In this document: piece by piece, positions 22,279-33,639 of the stretch
Position numbering within the stretch: position 1 is the first letter of the stretch
How the letters are laid out: the number at the start of each line of letters is the position of its first letter
Source: Eledone cirrhosa
Taxonomy: Eukaryota
Length of the DNA stretch: 64,000 bases
Assembly: GCA_964016885.1 (NCBI GenBank)
Contig: OZ024740.1
Span: 428,544,001-428,608,000, forward strand
Direction of reading: 5' to 3'
Program-made: the position numbers and the translations under genes
Notes under the pieces: generated by a model
What the model was told of the DNA's origin: nothing
The model's database searches: none
The model's input: only the letters and a program-made list of their open reading frames with translations

Positions 22279-25200
22279 ATAATAAGAACTAATGGGTGGA
22301 TAAGCGAGCTGGAACTGGAGGAACTGAGCAGAGAGATTAGGTTGAAAATGGAGAGTGGAGTATGCCAGGCAAACGAGCCAGTGGGAAATGAAGGTGAAGA
22401 GGTTGAGAGAACGGAGGAACGATCCGAAGCAGACAATGATCTGAATTCTGAAATAAATAATACCTGGAACAGAGATACGGCCACTGAGGAGATGAATGCT
22501 GACGGGCTAGGACAAGATTTGGTTGATATCCTAAACTTAGTGGTAGATGAAATGAACAATGATAGTGGGAAACCTATGAACCAAAGATTTGTAGACAGGA
22601 AAAAAGTTAAAAGAAACAACAGCTAAGGTAAACAAAGTCATCCCATACCTTAAGGCGAGGAGTCTTCACCAGTGCAACAATATCCTCAAAGCAATAGCAA
22701 ATGCGGTGAGGAAATTACTTGGCATAAAAGCGAGAGGAAACAACAAAAAGAAAGATCAGAACCTTGGTGGAAGAAATGACTGAATGGTCAAATCAGGGAA
22801 ATGAGAAATGACATTGGAAAGCTTGAGTCCCTACTGAATGGGACACTAAAAAACATAGACACTAAAAATAGACTGGAAATAAAGTACAAAACTAGGAGGA
22901 AAAAGCTAAATATTATCATAGAGGAACTGAAGCAACGCATTGTAGCAAAGAGTGCAAAAATTAGGCGATACGAGAGCAGAGTCAGTCAGTATAGACAGAA
23001 CCGCATGTTTGACAACAACCAGAAGATGTTGTTTGGACAGTTTGAAGGGAAAGAAAGAGGCAACGACTTGATCCCTTAGGCGGAACAAACTAAGACATTC
23101 TGGAGACGAATATGGGAGCAGGATGTTAAACATAATGACCAGGCAGTGTGGATTGAGACAGTACAAAAGGAGATTAGTGAACAGGCACACCAACAAACTG
23201 ATTTGAGTATCACAGTTGAAACTCTTAAGGGGCAGGCCAAAAAACTAACCAACTGGAAATCACCAGGCCCAGATGGTTTGCAGGGGTATTGGATTAAAAA
23301 TATAACATCCCTCCACCAGAAACTGACAACCATGTTCAATGACTGCTTGATGTCAGGTGAGGTACCAGAGTGGTTGACAAAAGGTACCACTGTTCTGGTA
23401 ATGAAAGACCGAATAAAGGGTAATGATGTTACCAACTATAGACCTATCACATGTCTGTCTGTAATGTGGAAACTGTGTCTGAGGAAATCTACCATCACCT
23501 TCACACAAACAATTTGTTACCGGACGAACAGAAAGGATGCCGAAAGAAGTTCCGTGGTAGAAAGGACCAGTTACTTAGTGATAAGATGGTAATGAGGAAT
23601 TGCAAGAGGAGTCACACTTGCCATGGGATGGATAGACTACAAAAAGGCATTTGACATGGTGCCTCATTCTTGGATCACCAAAAGCCTAGAGATCTTCAAG
23701 GTGGGAGAAAACATCAGACAGTTGTTGAGCAAAAGTATGAAGTCCTGGAAAACTGAGTTAACATCGGCTGGAGAATCCTTGGGAAGCGTGAAGATCAAGA
23801 GAGGTATCTTCCAGGGAGATAGTCTGTCCCCTCTGTTGTTTGTCCTTGCCCTGATGCCCCTGACCATTATACTGCGAAAAGTGAGAGCAGGATACAAGTT
23901 GGGAAAGGGAGATCTTACCATCAATCACCTCCTCTTCATGGACGATCTTAAGCTATTCGGCAAGAGTGAGAAGGAGTTGGATGTGCTTGTTGACACTGTC
24001 CGTATTTTCAGCAAGGATATATGTATGCAGTTTGGTATTAGTAAGTGTGGAGTCCTTGTGATGAAGAGGGGTAAATTGAGCAGAAGCAACGGAATCCAGG
24101 TACCAGCAGGTGAGATGATAAAGGAAATTGACACTGAAGAAGGATACAAATATTTAGGTGTTCTGGAGGCTGATGACATCAAGAACAAAAAAATGAAGGA
24201 AATGATAAGATCTGAATACATTCGGAGAGTAAGGAGCGTATTAAAATCACATCTGAACAGTAGGAATGCCATAAGTGCAGTAAATTCCCAAAAAGAAATG
24301 GATAGGAAGACTAGGAAGCTATTGACTATCTACAACATGTTCCACAAGAGGAGTGATGTCGATAGACTCTACTTAAGGAGATCTGAAGGTGGAAGAGGTC
24401 TTATCAGGATAGAGGACTGTGTTCAGATGGAGAAAAACAACCTACACAAATACGTGACTGATAGTAGGGAGCCAATGCTCAGAATTGTACTGAAGGAGAG
24501 GACAATAGACCAGGGGATGTCCAAGGAGGAAATAACAACAAGGAGAAAGAGCAACCTTCATGAAAAATCCCTTCATAGTACGTTCTTTGAGAAAACTGAA
24601 TACAGAGATCCACAGACATGGATCTGGTTGAAAAGAGGAGACCTTAAAAAGGCTACAGAAGGAATGCTAATGGCTGCGCAAGAGCAGGCCCTCAAAACGA
24701 AGTGGCTGAAACACCATATTTACAAGGAAGAGGCTAGCACACTGTCTACGGTCTGTGGAGAGAGAGAGGAGACTGTGGCTCAGATTGTATCCGAGTGTAA
24801 ACACCTAGCCCAGACTGACTATAAAGGCTGGAGACATGATGTGATGGACAGGGTGATCCACTGGCACCTATGTAAAGTAAACGATTTACCTCATTCTGAG
24901 AAGTGGTATGACATAAGCCAGAGTCAGTGATAGAAAATGATCAGGTGAAGGTGCTGTGGGATTTTAGGATACAGACGGACAAGAAACTGGAACACAATAG
25001 ACCTGACCTGGTGGTTTTGGACAAGGAAAAAAGATCGTGCCTGATTGTGGATGTGGCCTGCCCATTCGACACGAGAGTGCAAGAGAAGGAGAGGAAGAAA
25101 ATTAACCGATACAAGGACTTAAAGTGGGAGGTAAAAAGGATTTGGAACTGCTATGAAGTCAAAGTGTTCCCGATTGTCATAGGCGCACTAGGTACTATCT

Positions 25201-25397
25201 CAAAGAGTTTCCAAGGATGGTTAAAGAAAATTGGCCCCGACCCGCTTTTTGGAACACTTCAAAAGGCATGCTTGCTGTGAACAGCAAGAACACTCCGATA
25301 CGTCCTGAATATCTGAGGCTGCAGGTAGTGGCTTGATATTCATTTCAACAAACTTTCCAGTTAACCAACATCAATGACTGAGACTCAAAGAACAACA
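22279..25397 (+). mobile_element. 5'-truncated R4/Dong-like LINE (second family) with stops and deletions; (TAA)n tail
   Basis: WKSPGPDG, NYRPITCL, WIDYKKAFD, FMDDLKLF and HNRPDLVV..IVDVACPFD..K..RYKDL. Confidence 0.92.
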
Positions 25398-25417
25398 ATA
25401 ATAATAATAATAATAAT

Positions 25418-28256
25418 GATTTCATTTATTAGCCAAAAGGGCCGACATGTAGGGGACAATACAAAGACAGGGACAGTGGGGGTTTACAATAAGGTCGAGT
25501 AAAAGTGCACAAAAGCAAGACTAATTTAACAATGAAGATATAAAAATATAAAATAAACTATTCATAAATATAACAAAATAAATTGCCCAATAGGGTGTAG
25601 ACGACCCTGAGGTGACTCGGGTACCCCACCAATCCTGAACCACCCTGTGATTCTAGGGCACCCAGGGAGAGCACCCCTCTCGTCAAGTTAGCTAGCCTAT
25701 AGGCGCATGGTCAGAGTAGGCCCACTCACACGAGCCATTCTCTCCACATTCATCCACCTTTTAGCAAATGTACTGGGGGGAGGGGCACTTCTCTCTCCAC
25801 CCTCACCTTCCTTTCCAGGTGAAACTTGAAGTTGATGAGGGATTGGCCGAAGAGAAAAGAGTCTGTCTTCAGTCCTTTTAATCCGGTCCACCATATAACC
25901 ACTTTCGCAACTGCCACCAGACAGAGGAAAATGTCCTGCTCTTCCTGACCTAAGGAAGACGGCGGGTCGATCTTCACTATGGACTCGGCCGATAGCTGGA
26001 TTCGTTCCACACGCGACAGTAGCTCTTCGACATAACTCCACAAGTCAGTAATGCACGGACATTGGACAAGTGTGTGCAGAACGGTTTCGTTGTTCTGTGC
26101 GCATCTTGGACAGGTCCGTCTGACAGCACTTCCGTGCTTGTAAAGTTTATCCCGAACCGGCAGTGCCCCCCAGTAGCACTGCCAAGCGAGGGATTTCTGG
26201 AATTGTCCATCGTCCCCGGCTCGAAAATCCTCCGGTACAGACTGGTCAGTTCGACTTCGTCGAGGCCCAAAGCTTCTCCGAGTGCGTCATCGCACTTTCC
26301 CACCACTAATCCTCTATAGAACTCGAGAGTGGAAGTTCCACTGATCGCATTGCCCGCTTGGTAGAGGGCAGTGAGTGCCTGGCAACATTCCAGGTGCCAG
26401 TCACCCAGTCTTGGTCTCTTCTTGACCCAGGACTGCAGCTCAGTCAAAGAAATGAGCTGCGGAAAGGCCCGTCTGATAAACGGCGACCACACTTGCTCAC
26501 CGTTTAGGCAGAATATCTGGAGATGTCGCAGCCTCAACGCATGTCTGCGCATCATTAGCCACGCCATGCCCAGCCCTCCGCGTAGAGGGTGCTGGCAGCA
26601 GATGGACCGCCTCACCAACAGAACTTGTCCCCTCCACAAGAATCAAGAATTTGAAGAGGAGCCGTTCCAACTTGACGAGGCGCAGACGTGGTGAAGGCAC
26701 GACGGTCAGGCGGTAGTAGATGACGGACGCGATGTACGCATTCTCCACCTCCGCGCGACCTTTCAGTGATAGCTTCCTCCAAGCCCATTTTTGGGTGAGA
26801 CTGGCTACTCTGCTCGTTACCTCGTCCCAATTCTTTCCCACCTGGAGGTCTGGTCCGAACCAAACCCCGAGCAACTTTACCGGTCTGTCCGTCCAGCGCC
26901 CCACGTCGCTGTTGGACGGCATGGGCCTGCCTCTCCAGGTTCCGAGCTGCAAGCCCACCGACTTTTCCGTGTTAAGTTTGACTCCTATCAACCTTTCATA
27001 TTCCTTCAATAAGGTGCCGACCACTTCGATCTCTGAGGTGTTCGACACCATCACGGTTATGTCGTCCGCATAAGCCGACACCGCCCTTCCACCTCCCGGT
27101 TCGAGCGAGATGCCCTGCAGCAGCTCCAACTTCCGCAGTAAAGGCTCGAGAGTCAATACGTACAGAAGGGAAGAGAGAGGGCACCCTTGACGGACCGATC
27201 GGGAGAGCCGAAATGGTTCCGAGAGGTGGCCATTAACCTTGACCACCGAGCGTGTGCCGCTGTGAATTGTAGCGATCCAGCTTCTGAAGACAGGGCCGAA
27301 ACCAGCTGCTCTGAGGACAAACTCCAAATACCGATGGTCGACCCTATCGAATTCTTTCGATTGATCGAAATTGATTAGTGCCCCACCGAAGCCAGGTTTA
27401 CACCCTACCCTCTCTATGATGTATCGCATGAGGTGGAGATTGTCGTGTATGGACCTGGCTGGGATTGCGCAAGTTTGCGCCTCCCCAACTAAATTCTCGA
27501 CGACAAGCGCCAATCACTTTGCTAACACCTTGGCCAAAATCTTAAACTCTGTGTTGAGCAGAGTTATGGGCCTGAAGTTGTCTAATGTATCCCTCTTGTT
27601 CTCGTCTTTGCTTATCAGCGTCACCACTCCCCTGCTCACAGAACTGGGAATACTCCCATTCTGCTGCCAGTTGCAGTAGAGTGCTTCGAGGAGATCGGAG
27701 CACAAGTCTGGCATATTTACGTAAAGCTCGTAGGGCAGGCCATCCAAACCGGGTGACTTGCGCCTCATGCAGCCGACAAGGGCGTCTGAATTTCGGCTGA
27801 AGTAATCGGCCTTTCGCAGCGCTCAGCGTCGACCGTCGAGATGCGCGGCAAGCCGTCAAGGTAGGGACTGAAATCCACTACTCTCTCTGACTCGTCACTC
27901 TCCCCGAACAACTGAGCAAAGTGCTGGCGAAAAGCCTCACACATCCACTTCGAATCGCTTATCTCGTGTCCGTCTCGGTTCGCCAAAGACCGAATTGTGG
28001 TTTTATTACCTCGCTGCGCCTCCGCCACGCGGGCCTATCGAACAGCTTTAGTTCCCTCGTTTCTCAGCGCACGCGCCTTAACTCTGACAATGCAAACTTC
28101 GTGGAATGGTCTAATACCATTCTCGCCGTTAGCACGTCAGTTGCAATGCCACTACAAATAACCTCGTCTAACTTATCTACCAGCTCCCCCTCCTTTCTAT
28201 TTTTCTCTAACGCTACTTCTTTGCTGAGCTCTATCGAAGTTACTCTAATCTCTCTT

Positions 28257-28258
<2 letters not shown>
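25418..28258 (-). mobile_element. 5'-truncated Tx1-clade LINE (different subfamily) in (ATT)n
   Basis: KSPGLDGL, FRPITLLN, VRQGCPLS and SAYADD. The 3' end is TGGCTAATAAATGAAATC(ATT)n. Confidence 0.92.
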
Positions 28259-28299
<41 letters not shown>

Positions 28300-28304
<5 letters not shown>

Positions 28305-28600
28305 CAATTCTCTTGGACTTTCTTGTACATACTAATAGGACCATAAAAGCAAATAGACCTGACATCATTGTAAAAGATCAACATAACAAGGTCTGTTTAT
28401 TGATAAATATGAGCATCCCATGTGATCATAATATCGCGGCAAAAGAATTTGACAAGCTCCGAAAATATAAAGATCTGCTTATTGAAATTGGAAAAATGTG
28501 GCACCTCAAGGCTGTTACAATACCAGTGACTGTTTGAGGACTGGAAATGACCTAGAAAGGAACTATCTCTGTAAGATTGATAACACTCCTTGTATTTACA
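28300..28600 (+). mobile_element. Short 3' fragment of an R4/Dong-like LINE (endonuclease region)
   Basis: IKANRPDIIVKD..LINMSIP..KLRKYKDLLIEIGKMW, similar to 15190-15420. Confidence 0.85.
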
Positions 28601-28902
28601 TATGCATATGCACATGTGTATATATGTATACTGTTATTTTTATTTTTTTTTTTTTTTTAAATTATAATCAATGTGCTGTATTAACTGGTTTACCAATGCA
28701 CACTGTGAATTTATTTGCCCTATGAGTCAGGAAGACACTCGGCATATATCTCAGAAACAATAATGAAAGAAAATAAAAATAATAATAGTAAGGATGATGT
28801 CCCTGCTACTGTTGTTGCTAGTGTTGTTGCTGTTATTGTAAGCGTTTTATGGAATTTCAATTAGGTAATATATGGTAACATGGAGATAACATAGTCTATT
28901 GT

Positions 28903-31900
28903 AATACAGTAACATTAAAATATAGTAACATTAAAATATAGTAACATTAAAATATAGTAACATTAAAATATAGTAACATTAAAATACAGTAACATTAAAA
29001 TACAGTAACATTAAAATATAGTAACATTAAAATACAGTAACATTAAAATACAGTAACATTAAAATATAGTAACATTAAAATATAGTAACATTAAAATATA
29101 GTAACATTAAAATACAGTAACATTAAAATACAGTAACATTAAAATATAGTAACATTAAAATACAGTAACATTAAAATATAGTAACATTAAAATATAATAA
29201 CATTAAAATATAGTAACATTAAAATATAGTAACATTAAAATACAGTAACATTAAAATACAGTAACATTAAAATACAGTAATATTAAAATATAGTAACATT
29301 AAAATATAGTAACATTAAAATATAGTAATATTAAAATATAGTAACATTAAAATATAGTAACATTAAAATATAGTAACATTAAAATATAGTAATATTAAAA
29401 TATAGTAATATTAAAATATAGTAACATTAAAATATAGTAATATTAAAATATAGTAACATTAAAATATAGTAACATTAAAATATAGTAACATTAAAATATA
29501 GTAATATTAAAATATAGTAACATTAAAATATAGTAACATTAAAATACAGTAACATTAAAATATAGTAACATTAAAATATAGTAACATTAAAATATAGTAA
29601 CATTAAAATACAGTAACATTAAAATACAGTAATATTAAAATATAGTAAAATTAAAATATAGTAACATTAAAATATAGTAATATTAAAATATAGTAACATT
29701 AAAATATAGTAATATTAAAATATAGTAACATTAAAATATAGTAACATTAAAATACAGTAACATTAAAATATAGTAACATTAAAATATAGTAACATTAAAA
29801 TACAGTAACATTAAAATATAGTAACATTAAAATATAGTAATATTAAAATACAGTAACATTAAAATATAGTAACATTAAAATATAGTAACATTAAAATATA
29901 GTAATATTAAAATATAGTAAAATTAAAATATAGTAACATTAAAATACAGTAACATTAAAATATAGTAACATTAAAATATAGTAACATTAAAATATAGTAA
30001 TATTAAAATACAGTAACATTAAAATATAGTAACATTAAAATATAGTAACATTAAAATATAGTAACATTAAAATATAGTAATATTAAAATACAGTAACATT
30101 AAAATATAGTAACATTAAAATATAGTAACATTAAAATATAGTAACATTAAAATATAGTGACATTAAAATATAGTAACATTAAAATATAGTAACATTAAAA
30201 TATAGTAACATTAAAATATAGTAATATTAAAATACAGTAACATTAAAATATAGTAACATTAAAATATAGTAACATTAAAATATAGTAAGGGCGGTGGATT
30301 GGCAGTATCGGTAAGGGTCGGACGCCATGCTTTGAAGCATAGAGTTACCTCCCTTTATGATCTGAGTTCAAATCCCGCCGAGGTTAACTTTGCCTTTCAT
30401 CCTTACGGGGTCGATAAAATAAAGTACCAGTAATGCACTGGAATAATTGCTGGCCTTGTGCCAAAAGTAGAAACAATTAAAATATAGTAACATTAAAATA
30501 TAGTAACATTAAAATATAGTAACATTAAAATATAGTAACATTAAAATATAGTAACATTAAAATATAGTAACATTAAAATATAGTAACATTAAAATATAGT
30601 AATATTAAAATACAGTAACATTAAAATATAGTAACATTAAAATATAGTAACATTAAAATATAGTAACATTAAAATATAGTAACATTAAAATATAGTAATA
30701 TTAAAATACAGTAACATTAAAATACAGTAACATTAAAATATAGTAACATTAAAATATAGTAACATTAAAATATAGTAATATTAAAATACAGTAACATTAA
30801 AATACAGTAACATTAAAATATAGTAAAATTAAAATATAGTAACATTAAAATATAGTAACATTAAAATACAGTAACATTAAAATACAGTAACATTAAAATA
30901 CAGTAACATTAAAATACAGTAATATTAAAATATAGTAACATTAAAATATAGTAACATTAAAATATAGTAATATTAAAATATAGTAACATTAAAATATAGT
31001 AATATTAAAATATAGTAACATTAAAATATAGTAACATTAAAATACAGTAACATTAAAATATAGTAACATTAAAATATAGTAACATTAAAATACAGTAACA
31101 TTAAAATATAGTAACATTAAAATATAGTAATATTAAAATACAGTAACATTAAAATATAGTAACATTAAAATATAGTAACATTAAAATATAGTAATATTAA
31201 AATATAGTAAAATTAAAATATAGTAACATTAAAATACAGTAACATTAAAATATAGTAACATTAAAATATAGTAACATTAAAATATAGTAATATTAAAATA
31301 CAGTAACATTAAAATATAGTAACATTAAAATATAGTAACATTAAAATATAGTAACATTAAAATATAGTAATATTAAAATACAGTAACATTAAAATATAGT
31401 AACATTAAAATATAGTAACATTAAAATATAGTAACATTAAAATATAGTGACATTAAAATATAGTAACATTAAAATATAGTAACATTAAAATATAGTAACA
31501 TTAAAATATAGTAATATTAAAATACAGTAACATTAAAATATAGTAACATTAAAATATAGTAACATTAAAATATAGTAACATTAAAATATAGTAACATTAA
31601 AATATAGTAACATTAAAATATAGTAACATTAAAATATAGTAACATTAAAATATAGTAATATTAAAATACAATAACATTAAAATATAGTAACATTAAAATA
31701 TAGTAACATTAAAATATAGTAACATTAAAATATAGTAACATTAAAATATAGTAATATTAAAATACAGTAACATTAAAATACAGTAACATTAAAATATAGT
31801 TACATTAAAATATAGTAACATTAAAATATAGTAATATTAAAATACAGTAACATTAAAATACAGTAACATTAAAATATAGTAACATTAAAATATAGTAACA

Positions 31901-32809
31901 TTAAAATACAGTAACATTAAAATACAGTAACATTAAAATACAGTAACATTAAAATATAGTAACATTAAAATATAGTAACATTAAAATATAGTAACATTAA
32001 AATATAGTAACATTAAAATATAGTGACATTAAAATATAGTAACATTAAAATATAGTAATATTAAAATATAGTAACATTAAAATATAGTGACATTAAAATA
32101 TAGTAACATTAAAATATAGTAACATTAAAATACAGTAACATTAAAATATAGTAACATTAAAATATAGTAATATTAAAATATAGTAACATTAAAATACAGT
32201 AACATTAAAATATAGTGACATTAAAATATAGTAACATTAAAATATAGTAACATTAAAATACAGTAACATTAAAATATAGTAACATTAAAATATAGTAATA
32301 TTAAAATATAGTAACATTAAAATACAGTAACATTAAAATACAGTAACATTAAAATATAGTAACATTAAAATATAGTAATATTAAAATATAGTAACATTAA
32401 AATACAGTAACATTAAAATATAGTAACATTAAAATATAGTAACATTAAAATATAGTAACATTAAAATATAGTAACATTAAAATATAGTAATATTAAAATA
32501 TAGTAACATTAAAATATAGTAACATTAAAATATAGTAACATTAAAATATAGTAACATTAAAATATAGTAACATTAAAATATAGTGACATTAAAATATAGT
32601 AACATTAAAATATAGTAACATTAAAATATAGTAACATTAAAATATAGTAACATTAAAATATAGTAACATTAAAATATAGTAACATTAAAATATAGTAACA
32701 TTAAAATATAGTAATATTAAAATATAGTAACATTAAAATATAGTAACATTAAAATATAGTAATATTAAAATATAGTAACATTAAAATATAGTAACATTAA
32801 AATATAGTA
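28903..32809. repeat. 16-bp AT-rich satellite (TAGTAACATTAAAATA)n, about 230 copies
   Basis: The pattern recurs every 240 bp (15 x 16). Variants include TACAGT, AATATT, GTGAC and AAAATT. Confidence 0.97.
30289..30475 (+). mobile_element. tRNA-derived SINE inserted in the 16-bp satellite
   Basis: A-box-like TGGCAGTATCGG, B-box GAGTTCAAATCC and central GCCTTTCATCCTTACGGGGTCGATAAAATAAAGTACCAG. ATTAAAATATAGTAA at 30274-30288 and 30476-30490 is consistent with a 15-bp TSD. Confidence 0.92.
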
Positions 32810-33119
32810 GCTTGTAGTCATTTGTATTGGAACACCATTATTATTTGGTAGGTACTTTTGTAGTTCTCCAGTTAATATGGTATTAAAATATTCATGGTTG
32901 GAGAAAACTCCTTTCTCCTTATATTTATGGTTAGTGTAATATTTTGGTGTCAACCTGTTTGTGTAATATTGTAAATATAGTTGTTACACTTCTTGTTCTT
33001 GTGTGTAGTCAAGCTAGTATCTTTGTTTAGTAAAACTTGTTATTGGAGTATAAAGAGTATTGGTACATATTAGTTTATTTTCGGTATTTAAACTAAATCA
33101 AACCGTCAAAAACTTAAAC

Positions 33120-33362
33120 ATTGGTCCTTTTTCGTAGGGATTACTGGTTCTGATCAACCTCTCTGGGGGAGATAATACCAGGTTGCCTGTGACTTCCTTG
33201 AAAGTAATCATAAAGAAGAGACTGATAGAAAGAGACATCCACCCTGAAAGAGTAGCAGCCCGACCACGAGGACTCTTGGATCCTGGTGTGCCCTAATTAT
33301 CAGGTCCTTGGTGTACAAAGCCAATTTTCAACACCTAGCCACGCACACACGGGTGATGATCC
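33120..33362 (-). mobile_element. Possible RTE-like 5' UTR fragment
   Basis: GC-richer island whose minus strand has CTCGTGGTCGGG, similar to CTCATGGTCGGG at 2048. Weak evidence only. Confidence 0.25.
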
Positions 33363-33639
33363 TACAATAATTTTCACGTTGGAGAAATGTCTGCCTCCCT
33401 GTATTTGAGATATGTATATTTTTGTATTGGTCTGTATATGGTGTATTTCGGAATAGAGTCGTTATATATCTTGTTCACTGGTATGTCTAGTATTTCTAAT
33501 TTGTTTTGTTTTTAGTTGAAATTATTAATATTATAACTATGACTTATTACTTAAACAACGAGAATATTGAGACTTATGTGTTTCTTCTCTTTAGAGTTAC
33601 TTTAGTTCATTTTTCTAAACCGAACTTTGAATTAATTTC

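Noticed and set aside
30289-30385. tRNA gene
   Set aside because: No cloverleaf. It is a SINE head with downstream SINE body and a second copy at 9530-9706.
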